A stretch of 20,696 nt of DNA from a virus, in IMG/VR virus record IMGVR_UViG_3300022699_000217, positions 1 through 20,696 of that record, one strand, 5' to 3'. The notes under the pieces are model-generated. The model saw nothing but the letters and a program-made list of their open reading frames with translations, did no database searches and had not been told where the DNA came from. Shown piece after piece: positions 7,092 to 16,293 of this stretch (position 1 is its first letter; the number at the start of each line of letters is the position of its first letter). The translations under genes and the position numbers were made by a program.

Positions 7092-9959
7092 ATGACTCTC
7101 CACAAAAATATCCCGCTGGGCGGGATGCACAAACCGTACAATTGGGAATATGCCAACGCGGCGGCGCGCACCGGCGCGGCTGGCCTGACCGCTGAGGACG
7201 TGGGCAAGATCGCCCGGCAGTTGGACGACAACTCGCTGTGGATGCTCATCAACCACTCGCCCGTCACGTGGGTGCAGCAGGGCGCCGGGTCCGGGACGCC
7301 TATCCTCGCCGATGGGTCGGTGCCGTTTGTCGGCGACCAGTCGATGGGTGGGAACAAGCTCATCGATCTGGATGCGGCGGCGGCGGCGGGCGACGCCGTG
7401 CGGTACGACGAGTTCAGCACCCTAGAGGGCGACGTCGCGAACAACTATGCGGGCCTTTTGGCGCTCATGGCGCGCATCGATGATGTTGAAGATTATTCCG
7501 CTGCAAACGCCCGAAGCGGCTTCAAGAACTACACGGCCGATTCGACCGTATCGTTCAACGAGGCGACGCGGCTGTTTGAGATCACCGTGAACCTGGCAGC
7601 GACGTTCGAGGTGTGGACCGAGAATACCAAGTTCGACATCGTCTCCGACAGCGTTACCATCTCGAACGTGACGGGTGAACACTGGATTTATTTCGATCTT
7701 GTGGGAAATCTGATTGAATCCGTTAACCCGACCGCGGCGACGAAAGAGGAGATCATCAAGAACCTCGGGTTGGTCACGATCATCTACTGGAACGCCACGA
7801 CCGGGCACCGCATCTGGCGGGGCGACGAGCGGCACGGGACGGCCATGGCGGGTGCGACCCACTACCATTTCCACGAAACGCTCGGGGCGTTTTTGGAGTC
7901 GGGCGGTGCGCCGACGTCCATCTCGGCGGATCAAGACGGTAGCTTGGACGCCCATGCGCAAGTGGGGATGGCGAGCGCAGTGTTACACGACGAGGATCTG
8001 GAACACACCCTCGCCGCCAAACTGTCGACGGCAGACTGGCACACCTTGTACAAGACGGGCGGAACCGGGGTATGGGCGCGCGTGGACCCGAAGGTGGCCT
8101 TTCCGGTCGCCAACGCGGGCACCGGCCGATTGGCGTGGAACGAGTTTACGGGGGCGACCTGGCAGCTAACGGAGGCGTCGAATAACAGCTTTGTGCTGAC
8201 CCATATCTTCGCCACGAACGACCCGGATGACCCGTACATGGCCGTCGTTGGTGAGGCGGAATACGGCAACATCAACGACGCTCGCACGGGCGCGGCCAAC
8301 GAGCTTGCGGAAATCAACACCGAGGGGTTGCCGACGCCCGAGTCCGCGTGGATCGCAACCATCATCTATCAAACTTCCAACTCCTACGGGAACACGGTCA
8401 AGGCGCGCATTCGCACGGTGGATGGGGGCGACTACATCGACTGGCGCACCGAGCGGCTAACGGGAGCGGCATCATCGACGAACGACCACGGGTCGCTTTC
8501 CGGACTCGACGACGCCGACCACCCAGTGGAGGCATTGTATCTGCCGGTTGGCACCGCGGGCGTGACCGATATGGTCTCCGGGCGCGACTGGTGGAACTAC
8601 TTCACCGGTTCCTGCGCCATCTCGGGTTTCGCCTTGACCGACAACGGCGACGGCACGGTTGACATCGCCGCTGGCGAAGCGCTCTTGCGGACATCGGATT
8701 CGGACACGGCAGATATGCAGGTGGTTCAGATCCCTGCGACGGCAGGGCTGGCGCTCACCGACAACTCGGTCAACTTCATCAACGTGCGGTGGAATGCGGG
8801 GTCGCCAGAGGTGCGCGTGACCACGACGTACCCCTTGTTCCTGTCGGAAGCGGTCGTGCATCTCACAGTCCGCCACGGGACGACGATCCACCACATCGAC
8901 GTATCCAGGGCCGCCGTCAACTCGATCACCAAGAACGGGATGAAGGACGTCGGCGTCTACGGGTACGAGCACGTCAAGGGCGGAACGGTCATCACGCACA
9001 CCGGCACGCGGAACATGTATGTGACGCCCGGCATCTTTTACCTAAGCACCGCGCGACTGCTTCATCCGGCATTTGATACGTCCGGAGCGGACTCGTTCAC
9101 CGCCGTTTATGAGGATGGCCTCGGAGGCTGGACGCGGGTGGCCGGGCAGACCCAAATCAGCAATACCCAATATGATGACGGGTCAGGCGCGTTGGCTACG
9201 CTTGGCACGAACAAGTATGGCATTTACTGGGTGTACCTGTGCCAGAACACGCCTCCGGCGCTAAACGTGCTATACGGGCGCGACGAGTACGATACGCTCG
9301 CCGAAGCCCAAGCGGTCGGGGAGTATGCTGATGCCACGCGTCCCCCGGAGATGCGGGACATTTCCACCGCGGAGCTGATTGGAAAGATCATCGTGCTGAA
9401 GAACGCGGCGTCATTTGCGGACATCCAGCAGCCGTGGGACGACTTTTTGGCGAGCACGACACCTTCGCCGGGCGGTTCCGGAACGGGCTTCGAAGCCGTG
9501 ACGATTACTCAATCGGTCAGCAGCGGTACCGAGGGCGGCGGCAGCACCGGGGCAGCGTGGAACAAGCGCCCGCTGAACACGCTGACCAATCCCAAAAGCT
9601 ACTCGTGGGTGACGTTTGACGACGCCAACGACCGCTTCGACCTCGCGACGGGCTTCTACCACATCTCCATCAAGGCGCAGGTGTTCGCGGCGGGCAAGCA
9701 CCAACTTCGGTTGCGCGCGGACCCGGCGGGGGCGCCGAGCACGCAGCTCACCGGCAGCTCCCAGCACTGTCCGTATTGGAACGAGGAGGCCAGCCAGGAG
9801 GGCACGCTGGAGGGCGTGTTCGAGTTGCTGGTGACCGAGACGTTCCAGGTGGAGCATTTCATCGAGCAAACGGTGGGTACCTACGGGCTGGGCAAGGCGG
9901 TATCCTCGGGCGAGGACGAGACGTACTGCACCATCCAAATCGCCAAGCTTGGGGCGTAA
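7092..9959 (+). CDS. Large modular virion fibre protein, 955 aa
   Basis: GGAGG RBS. T/G/A-rich. Fibre motifs DGSVPFVGDQSMGGNKL..L..A...DAV and DHGSLSGLDDADH. Two related beta-rich domains. C-terminal GT.GG..W..RPLNT..FDL..G.Y.I jelly-roll (C1q/TNF-like) module. Confidence 0.75.
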   Translation: MTLHKNIPLGGMHKPYNWEYANAAARTGAAGLTAEDVGKIARQLDDNSLWMLINHSPVTWVQQGAGSGTPILADGSVPFVGDQSMGGNKLIDLDAAAAAGDAVRYDEFSTLEGDVANNYAGLLALMARIDDVEDYSAANARSGFKNYTADSTVSFNEATRLFEITVNLAATFEVWTENTKFDIVSDSVTISNVTGEHWIYFDLVGNLIESVNPTAATKEEIIKNLGLVTIIYWNATTGHRIWRGDERHGTAMAGATHYHFHETLGAFLESGGAPTSISADQDGSLDAHAQVGMASAVLHDEDLEHTLAAKLSTADWHTLYKTGGTGVWARVDPKVAFPVANAGTGRLAWNEFTGATWQLTEASNNSFVLTHIFATNDPDDPYMAVVGEAEYGNINDARTGAANELAEINTEGLPTPESAWIATIIYQTSNSYGNTVKARIRTVDGGDYIDWRTERLTGAASSTNDHGSLSGLDDADHPVEALYLPVGTAGVTDMVSGRDWWNYFTGSCAISGFALTDNGDGTVDIAAGEALLRTSDSDTADMQVVQIPATAGLALTDNSVNFINVRWNAGSPEVRVTTTYPLFLSEAVVHLTVRHGTTIHHIDVSRAAVNSITKNGMKDVGVYGYEHVKGGTVITHTGTRNMYVTPGIFYLSTARLLHPAFDTSGADSFTAVYEDGLGGWTRVAGQTQISNTQYDDGSGALATLGTNKYGIYWVYLCQNTPPALNVLYGRDEYDTLAEAQAVGEYADATRPPEMRDISTAELIGKIIVLKNAASFADIQQPWDDFLASTTPSPGGSGTGFEAVTITQSVSSGTEGGGSTGAAWNKRPLNTLTNPKSYSWVTFDDANDRFDLATGFYHISIKAQVFAAGKHQLRLRADPAGAPSTQLTGSSQHCPYWNEEASQEGTLEGVFELLVTETFQVEHFIEQTVGTYGLGKAVSSGEDETYCTIQIAKLGA

Positions 9960-9960
9960 G

Positions 9961-11487
9961 ATGCAGAGCCACGTATCACTCTTTGACGACTTCACCGGGT
10001 ACGACATGCTCGCCGAGATCTGGAACGAAAGCTATGCGCTGGGGGCGGCGAGCGATGCGTTTATCACGGAGGAGCTGGACGCGGACGATCTGAGCGGCAC
10101 GCTCACGGTACAAACGGGGAGCTCGACGAACAATTACCAGCAAGTCGACATGCTATCCTCGAAGCAGTTTCGCCCGGCGCGCGGGCCGGTGTTCGAGGCG
10201 CGCTTCCGTCTCGGGAGCAGCACGAGCATTAAGGCCATGCTCGGGTTTACCGTCGACAACCGCGCCAATGCCTTCGGCGTGCACGCGAGCAGCGTGAATG
10301 GCGACTTCCGCATCTACTCCCGCGTGGCGTCCGTGGACGTCGTCGATGACGCCTTCACCACGCCGGTCGCGCTGGATACGGCATGGCACACCGTCAAGGT
10401 GGCCGTCGACCGGGACTCCGGCGATGCCGACGTCTACTTCGACGGGGTACTTGCGGGCACCATCGCCTTTGCGGATCTGCCGTTCGATGACGTGAGCCCA
10501 TGCGTCTACGTGCAAACGCTGACCGGCGCATCTCGGATCGTTTACGTGGACTACATCGCCGTGATTCAGCCCCGCGCGCCGATGGTGTACTACATGGGCG
10601 ACGCGGCCGATGCGAATATCAACTGCATCGGCGACGCTGGGGATTCCCTGCTCGTGGGGATGGGGAGCACCGGGACCGACGCGGGCGAGGTGGTCATCGT
10701 GTTCGATGATTACTCCGTGACCAATCTGGGGCACCCGATTGGCGCGACGATCTGCTACGCGGGGATCATGTATTACCAGGAGATTTACGCCGCGTTCAAC
10801 ACGGCGACGCCGGATCTATACCGCTGGGATGGCGGCACCTCGTGGACGGCGATGTCGCTGTCCGAGCGGGTGGAGGACCTGTGCCGCTGGGATGATTACC
10901 TGTACGTTGGTACTCGCGAGGGCAGCGGGCGGGCTACGGTGCAGCGATTCGACGTGCCGGGCTTCACGGACATCGGCGACCCGACGTGGACGACTGGAAC
11001 GGATACAGCGGTGCGGCTGTGCGTTAACAGGAACAAGCTCTACGCGTATTGCATCGCGGACAACGAGGTGTTCGAGTACGACGGGGCGGGGACGTCCTGG
11101 ACGTCGCTGGGGACGCCTGGCGGGGTGTCTACCGCGTCGTTGGGGATCGCTCGCTATTTGATCTCCCACAAGGGTAGCCTATACGCCTGCGGGGGCACGG
11201 GGAATGCAGCCCTGTACCGCTGGGACGGCGGGACCACGTGGACGCAGGTGTTCAGCGCGGCGGGCGTGATGCAGCGCCCGGTGTCGTTCGATGGCCACAT
11301 CTACGTGATGGACCGCAACGCCGGAACCGGCGACATCCTGGTTTACAAGAGCGCGGACGGGGTACGGTTCGAGCCAATCGACCTGTTCACCCCGACGACT
11401 AACGCGGATGTGATTGTCGCTCGCGCGTGGGGCGCGGTCATTGCCGGCCTGACCTCCACGGACGCCAAGCTCTGGGAGGTGCGCTGA
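9961..11487 (+). CDS. Virion protein with ConA/LamG-like lectin-fold domain plus beta-propeller (paralog 1)
   Basis: FDDFTG, FEARFRL, DTAWHTVKV and YVDY..QPR motifs, then repeated LYRWDGGT(S/T)WT blades. ATG 9961 just after the TAA at 9957-9959 is preferred over TTG 9949. Confidence 0.7.
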   Translation: MQSHVSLFDDFTGYDMLAEIWNESYALGAASDAFITEELDADDLSGTLTVQTGSSTNNYQQVDMLSSKQFRPARGPVFEARFRLGSSTSIKAMLGFTVDNRANAFGVHASSVNGDFRIYSRVASVDVVDDAFTTPVALDTAWHTVKVAVDRDSGDADVYFDGVLAGTIAFADLPFDDVSPCVYVQTLTGASRIVYVDYIAVIQPRAPMVYYMGDAADANINCIGDAGDSLLVGMGSTGTDAGEVVIVFDDYSVTNLGHPIGATICYAGIMYYQEIYAAFNTATPDLYRWDGGTSWTAMSLSERVEDLCRWDDYLYVGTREGSGRATVQRFDVPGFTDIGDPTWTTGTDTAVRLCVNRNKLYAYCIADNEVFEYDGAGTSWTSLGTPGGVSTASLGIARYLISHKGSLYACGGTGNAALYRWDGGTTWTQVFSAAGVMQRPVSFDGHIYVMDRNAGTGDILVYKSADGVRFEPIDLFTPTTNADVIVARAWGAVIAGLTSTDAKLWEVR

Positions 11488-13013
11488 TGCGGAACAAGCA
11501 TAGCGGCTCGTTCTTCGATGATTTTCTCGGCAACGCGGTCGTCGCGGATCGCTACTCCATCGATGACACCAACGGCACCGTGGAGCTGATGCAGGACGGG
11601 CCGAACCGGGTGGACGGGGTGCTCTCGCTCGCGCCCGGCCCGGATGAGGACGACTTCGTCAGCGTGTCGACCGGCTTGGAGATGTTCACGCGTGCGAAGA
11701 ATGCCCGGTTCCTGGCGCGCTTTCGGATCCCGCAGATCGACGGCATCTATTTCGAGCTGGGGTTCTGGTACGATCTGAGCAATTACATTGTGCTCAAGGT
11801 GGACTCGGAGACGGACCGGCTGTTCCACGTCGAGGCGTCCGTGGGCGGCGTGAAGACCGAGGAGGATTTCGATCTGAACATCGACGCGGATTGGCACGAT
11901 GTGGAGATCCGCTTGCCGGGGCGCACAGCGGATGCCGAGGTGGTGTTGGACAACAACGTGGCGGACAAGGTCACGGTGGCCGATGCGGACCTGCCGGACA
12001 CGCCGTTCTGCTTGCGAGCCTACGCGCAGATGACGACAGCGGGGGTTTCGCAGGTGCGCAAGCTGTTCGTGGACTACTGGGGCGCGCACCAACCGCGCGA
12101 CCCGTCCCTGATCGTGGCTGTCACAGACCCCGGCGGCATGGACCAGATCTCCGCGATGGGGCAACACAATGATTTTCTCCATATCGGGCGGGGATCGTCG
12201 ATGGGCGGGGCGACTGCGCGACTCGTGCAACGCCGAAACATCGATGACACGTGGACCAGCCTGGGCGCGCCCAGCGCAACGGCCAACCGTGTGTCCGTGC
12301 TCTACAGTTGGAATGGCGAGCTACATGCGGGCCACGACGACGAGGACGAGATCTACGAGTGGGTATCGGGTACATCATGGACACCTATTGGGACACTGAC
12401 GGGTGCCACGGGATGCGCGTCCTTGCGGTCATGGGTCGATTCGCCGGGATCGGACTACCTGTACGCGGGCACAATCGGAAACCCAGGCGATGTGATGTAC
12501 CTCGCGGCTGGGACGTGGTACAGCATCGCGGATGCGGGGTGGCCCACGGGCATGGCGGCGGTGATGCTGGCGATCCATGACGGCGAGCTGTACGCCTATC
12601 ACGGCGGTGACGGGCGGGTGTATGTCTACGACGGCGTTGGTTCCTCCTGGACCGATTGCGGACAACCGGGCAGCAGCACACCGACGACAACGCGGGCGCG
12701 GCATCTTTTCAGCTTCAAGGGCAGCCTGTACGCCTTCGACACGATCAACAAATATCTGTACCGCTGGAACGGCGGTACGAGCTGGACGCAAGTCAGGCTG
12801 TTTACCACCGCGTGTTCCGTCGCGTCTGTAAACAACGACGGGCTGTTCCACTACGTGGACACGGGGGCGGGCGCGTTGATGCGGTCGCACGATGGGGCGA
12901 GCTGGCGCAATTTCGCCACGCTGACCGGGCTCACCGACCCGCAGCACATCGCCATCGCCGATGGTGCGGTGTTCGTCGGCGATACCGTCGGAAAAATTTT
13001 GGTTGTGAGGTGA
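11487..13013 (+). CDS. Virion protein with lectin-fold domain plus beta-propeller (paralog 2), 508 aa
   Basis: TGATG overlap with GGAGGT RBS. FDDFLG, FLARFRI, DADWHDVEI and FVDY..QPR motifs. Blades IYEWVSGTSWT, VYVYDGVGSSWT, LYRWNGGTSWT, RSHDGASW. Confidence 0.72.
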   Translation: MRNKHSGSFFDDFLGNAVVADRYSIDDTNGTVELMQDGPNRVDGVLSLAPGPDEDDFVSVSTGLEMFTRAKNARFLARFRIPQIDGIYFELGFWYDLSNYIVLKVDSETDRLFHVEASVGGVKTEEDFDLNIDADWHDVEIRLPGRTADAEVVLDNNVADKVTVADADLPDTPFCLRAYAQMTTAGVSQVRKLFVDYWGAHQPRDPSLIVAVTDPGGMDQISAMGQHNDFLHIGRGSSMGGATARLVQRRNIDDTWTSLGAPSATANRVSVLYSWNGELHAGHDDEDEIYEWVSGTSWTPIGTLTGATGCASLRSWVDSPGSDYLYAGTIGNPGDVMYLAAGTWYSIADAGWPTGMAAVMLAIHDGELYAYHGGDGRVYVYDGVGSSWTDCGQPGSSTPTTTRARHLFSFKGSLYAFDTINKYLYRWNGGTSWTQVRLFTTACSVASVNNDGLFHYVDTGAGALMRSHDGASWRNFATLTGLTDPQHIAIADGAVFVGDTVGKILVVR

Positions 13014-13017
13014 CTGG

Positions 13018-13650
13018 ATGAGGCCGAACAAATACGCCATTTTCGAAGATGACTTTTCCGGCAACCTGATCCAGGGCGAGCGATATGTGATCAACGATAC
13101 GTTCGGCACGGCGGAGACGCTACAGGCGGGGTTCAGCGCGGAGGGCGGGGCGCTGTATCTCGCGGGCGACAACGCGCAGGGGAATTTCGCCTCGATTCGC
13201 ACGACCAATCCGCTCCAGTTTGCGAAGAGCAAGGCAGCAGAGATGCAGTTCCGCTTCCGTCTGCTGAGCGATGATGCCGTGCGGATCCGCGTTGGTTTCT
13301 ATTACGACTCAACGAACTACTTGGTATTTGAGGCGTCGACCGAGGACGTGGGCAACGTGTTCAGCCTGCTTGCCAACCAGGCTACCACGACCAAGTGGGT
13401 GTACTCCAAGACGCCGGTCGACTGCGGTTGGCACACCGTGCGGATACGCTTTCTCGGGACAGCTATGGCTGGGGAATGTATCATTGATGACGATGAAACG
13501 AACAAGCTTGTGATGGTCAATTTAGACATGCCGACGTTCGACCAATACGGGCTTTATGCCATCGGAGAAACGCGCGGATCGAGCGGTGTAACGGCGGGCG
13601 ACCAACGCGGGTTGATCATGAGCTATTGGCGGGCAACGCAGGAGAGGTGA
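13018..13650 (+). CDS. Lectin-fold-only virion protein (paralog 3), 210 aa
   Basis: GAGGTG RBS. FEDDFSG, MQFRFRL, DCGWHTVRI and MSYW..QER motifs align with the N-domains of the two preceding genes. Confidence 0.7.
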   Translation: MRPNKYAIFEDDFSGNLIQGERYVINDTFGTAETLQAGFSAEGGALYLAGDNAQGNFASIRTTNPLQFAKSKAAEMQFRFRLLSDDAVRIRVGFYYDSTNYLVFEASTEDVGNVFSLLANQATTTKWVYSKTPVDCGWHTVRIRFLGTAMAGECIIDDDETNKLVMVNLDMPTFDQYGLYAIGETRGSSGVTAGDQRGLIMSYWRATQER

Positions 13651-13655
13651 GGCAG

Positions 13656-14012
13656 ATGGAACGTGGGACCTTTCGAATAACGCAGCCGTGTCCGGGAACG
13701 GAGAACACCAAGGTGGAGCACTTTGTGTCCTTCCAACGGCGCGCGAAGCATAACTATGGCATCCAGTTTTTGGGAAGCACGCTGACGAATTGCGATGGGC
13801 TCGCGGTGGAATACGTTGACACGAACGGCTTTGTGCTATCGGTCAACGTGACGGGCGCCACCGGGGTGTACACCGTCGAGTGTGCCTGGGAGGCATCGAC
13901 GGCGGGCGGTGTCGGCGGCGGGGCGCTGAAGAACAAGCTCAGCGACAAGATTCGCGCAGCCATCGAGGCGCAAGCGCCCGCAAAGGAATCGCCCCTAAAG
14001 GGCGCGGTGTGA
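13656..14012 (+). CDS. Small beta-sandwich virion protein (H-type lectin/gp53-C-like), 118 aa
   Basis: GAGGTGAGG RBS before ATG 13656. VSF...NY.I...V...TNGF......WEA pattern seen in fibre tip domains. Confidence 0.5.
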   Translation: MERGTFRITQPCPGTENTKVEHFVSFQRRAKHNYGIQFLGSTLTNCDGLAVEYVDTNGFVLSVNVTGATGVYTVECAWEASTAGGVGGGALKNKLSDKIRAAIEAQAPAKESPLKGAV

Positions 14013-14013
14013 C

Positions 14014-14397
14014 ATGTATCTACGGAACCCACTGACGAAGGCCCGCGCGGACGCCTTGTACCAGGTGTTCGGGTTCACGCGCAACGATGGCTTCGACAAC
14101 GCGACGGACTACGTGCCGCTCGGGGATGCAAGCGTATACCAGGCGGTCACCGTGCAATACGCGGTGGTCCTGCCGGTCAGCGGACGCACCCAAATCGGGA
14201 CGCTGAGCATCGTGCACGATGGGGCGGCGGCCGAAGTGATTGGTCACGCGTACAGTCACGAGGAGCCTGAGATCGCCGGGCTGGACTTCGATGCGGATGT
14301 GAGCGGGGGCGCTATTCGGTTGGTTTTTACGAAAAGCGCGGTCGGTGAGAATCCGACGCTGTTTTACCGGATCGACCCTGTGCCGGTCGCTGTATAG
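14014..14397 (+). CDS. Virion structural protein, 127 aa
   Basis: Coupled to the previous stop. Y..V..QY..QIGTLSIVHDG..A..Y..FDADVSGGAIRLVFT resembles a module I recall from T4-like cyanophage structural proteins. Confidence 0.55.
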   Translation: MYLRNPLTKARADALYQVFGFTRNDGFDNATDYVPLGDASVYQAVTVQYAVVLPVSGRTQIGTLSIVHDGAAAEVIGHAYSHEEPEIAGLDFDADVSGGAIRLVFTKSAVGENPTLFYRIDPVPVAV

Positions 14398-14405
14398 GAG
14401 AAACG

Positions 14406-15215
14406 ATGACGAGCAAGAACTATGGACAGAATGGAATCGGGACCGTCGTCGAGTTCGGCAAGGGCGGCGCCAAGATGCAGAACGTGGCGGGCGTGCTCGA
14501 GTCGCGCAACAACGCCAACGATGCCTTCGCCGTGTTCCGTGCGGCAACGCCGGTCGCAGACAACGACGTGGCGACCAAGGCGTGGGTGGAGAAGCGGTAC
14601 GGCGTCGCCGTCACCGGGCAGATCGATGGAGGCGCCCCACCCGCAGCGGGCACGCCTGGGCGGATCTACATCTGCACGACCGCTGGCGGCGCGTATACGC
14701 TGAACTACCTGTACCGCGACAACGGGGCGTCCTGGGAGGAGATCATCCCCTACGAGGGGCAGGTCATGGGCGTGACCGACGCGCTTTCGGGCGGCACGGT
14801 GGAGTTCCTCGCGGACCATTCCTACATCTGGGATCTCGACAACACCGAGTGGGACGACATCGGCCCATCGTCGGGCTCGGATGCCAAAAAGATCGAACAG
14901 CGCACCGTCGACATCGCGCACACCGATGGCTCGGTTAACGTCGGCGCGGTCGTGCCGGCCGGTGCGAAGGTGCTTCGGGCGCGGGTCAACGTGACGCAGG
15001 TGTTTGATGGCGCCACGCCGACCGTGAAGATCGGCGACGCCGTCGACGATGACCGCCTCATGCTCGAGGCCGAGAACGACCTGGAGGCCACGGGACTTTA
15101 CGTGGTGGATGTGCAGTACACCTATGGGGCCTCGACGCAGATTGTCGCCACCGTGACGACCTCGGGCGCGTCGCAAGGGCTGGCGAATGTGACGGTGGAG
15201 TTCGCCAACGCATAG
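14406..15215 (+). CDS. Putative head fibre protein with DUF2793-like module, 269 aa
   Basis: AGGAG RBS. P...NDVATKAWVE fibre motif. PPAAGTPGRIYI..W..I.PYEG resembles DUF2793. C-terminal VPAGAKVLRARVNVTQVFDG..VKIGD beta-sandwich. Confidence 0.6.
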   Translation: MTSKNYGQNGIGTVVEFGKGGAKMQNVAGVLESRNNANDAFAVFRAATPVADNDVATKAWVEKRYGVAVTGQIDGGAPPAAGTPGRIYICTTAGGAYTLNYLYRDNGASWEEIIPYEGQVMGVTDALSGGTVEFLADHSYIWDLDNTEWDDIGPSSGSDAKKIEQRTVDIAHTDGSVNVGAVVPAGAKVLRARVNVTQVFDGATPTVKIGDAVDDDRLMLEAENDLEATGLYVVDVQYTYGASTQIVATVTTSGASQGLANVTVEFANA

Positions 15216-15223
15216 GGGGATAG

Positions 15224-15790
15224 ATGAGCGTTTTTGGCAATCTGCGTGGCATCCTGAATACGGCATTCTCGATTGGCAAGGCGAGCCCTGTCGAGCTCGA
15301 GAACAGCTCCGGCGATCTGCTGATGAAGACGGGGTCCACGGAGCGCGCCCGGTTCAACGCCGACGGGATGCAGGTTTCGGGCGGCATCAAGCTCGTGTCC
15401 CCCGGTGACGATTTGACGGCGAACGGCGTGATCACCACCGGACAGGTGGACGCTAACGCCACGGGCGTCGGGGCGCTGCTCGTGTTATCGAGCGACGGCC
15501 ATTGGGATGAAGCGCAGGCGGATTCTGATACGACGGTCGGCCAGCTTGGGATCGCCCTGGAATCCGGCACGGGCGCAGGCAAGAAGATTTTGCTGTACGG
15601 GCTGATGCGCAAGGATGCGTGGGGCTGGACGACGGGGAGCAAGCTGTACGTCAGCGGCGCAACAGCGGGGGCGATGACGCATACCGCACCGAGCACCGAT
15701 GGCTACCAGATCCAGGCGTGCGGCTTTGCAATCAGCGCGGACGTGGTCATGTTTGCGCCGTCGCCGGATATTGGAGAGTACGTGGCATGA
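15224..15790 (+). CDS. Virion protein with C-terminal capsid-cement-like (DUF2190-like) domain, 188 aa
   Basis: TGSTERARFNADG fibre repeat, then W..AQAD..LGIAL..LYG..WTTGSKLYVS..AGAMT.TAP..Q..GFAISA. Confidence 0.6.
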   Translation: MSVFGNLRGILNTAFSIGKASPVELENSSGDLLMKTGSTERARFNADGMQVSGGIKLVSPGDDLTANGVITTGQVDANATGVGALLVLSSDGHWDEAQADSDTTVGQLGIALESGTGAGKKILLYGLMRKDAWGWTTGSKLYVSGATAGAMTHTAPSTDGYQIQACGFAISADVVMFAPSPDIGEYVA

Positions 15791-16290
15791 CGGTTGGACT
15801 TCTTTGGGGATCTTGGGATGGGTGGCACGCGGGGATGCAAGCCAGCGTGGAACACGCCCTGCGGGTCTGCGATGGCGACACGCTCCACGTGGACGTCATC
15901 GACGGCGCGACCGAGCTGGACGAGAGCGCGGAGGTGCCGCGACGGGACCTGGTTCATCGACGGAACGCCTTGAAAGATCGAGTCAACGACATCAGCAAGA
16001 CGCTCGGGGTCAAGGTCAAGATCATCTACCACGAATACCCGACGCTACCAGAGGCCATCGCGCGAACCGGAGACTTCCAGTTCGATGTGCTGTTCTGCGT
16101 CGCGAAGGACCAGATGCACTGCGGCCCGTTCCCGGATAACATTGGTCTCATGCAAACGGCGCGCGCCGCCGCTGGGTATCCGCCCGCCGCGTTGGATGTC
16201 GTGCCGACGGTGTACGAACCCGGCACGGAGTTCGTTTGTTCCTCCACGAAGGTGCGAAAGCGTGCCAAAAAGTTCAAGGACAAGGGGTGA
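15787..16290 (+). CDS. HIGH-family nucleotidyltransferase homolog resembling archaeal/eukaryotic-type phosphopantetheine adenylyltransferase, degenerate motif, 167 aa
   Basis: ATG 15787 overlaps the previous stop (ATGA), GGAG upstream. GSWDGWHAGM corresponds to GTFDxLHxGH; FDVLFC; R..AGYPP..LDVVP.V...CSSTKVR corresponds to R...GL.PL.I..V..V...ISSTxIR. Confidence 0.65.
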   Translation: MTVGLLWGSWDGWHAGMQASVEHALRVCDGDTLHVDVIDGATELDESAEVPRRDLVHRRNALKDRVNDISKTLGVKVKIIYHEYPTLPEAIARTGDFQFDVLFCVAKDQMHCGPFPDNIGLMQTARAAAGYPPAALDVVPTVYEPGTEFVCSSTKVRKRAKKFKDKG

Positions 16291-16293
16291 TCG

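Noticed and set aside
15619-15786. Longer upstream starts given by the ORF track (also 2368, 9949, 11427, 13626)
   Set aside because: They overlap preceding genes; downstream ATGs coupled to the previous stop, mostly with an RBS, fit better.
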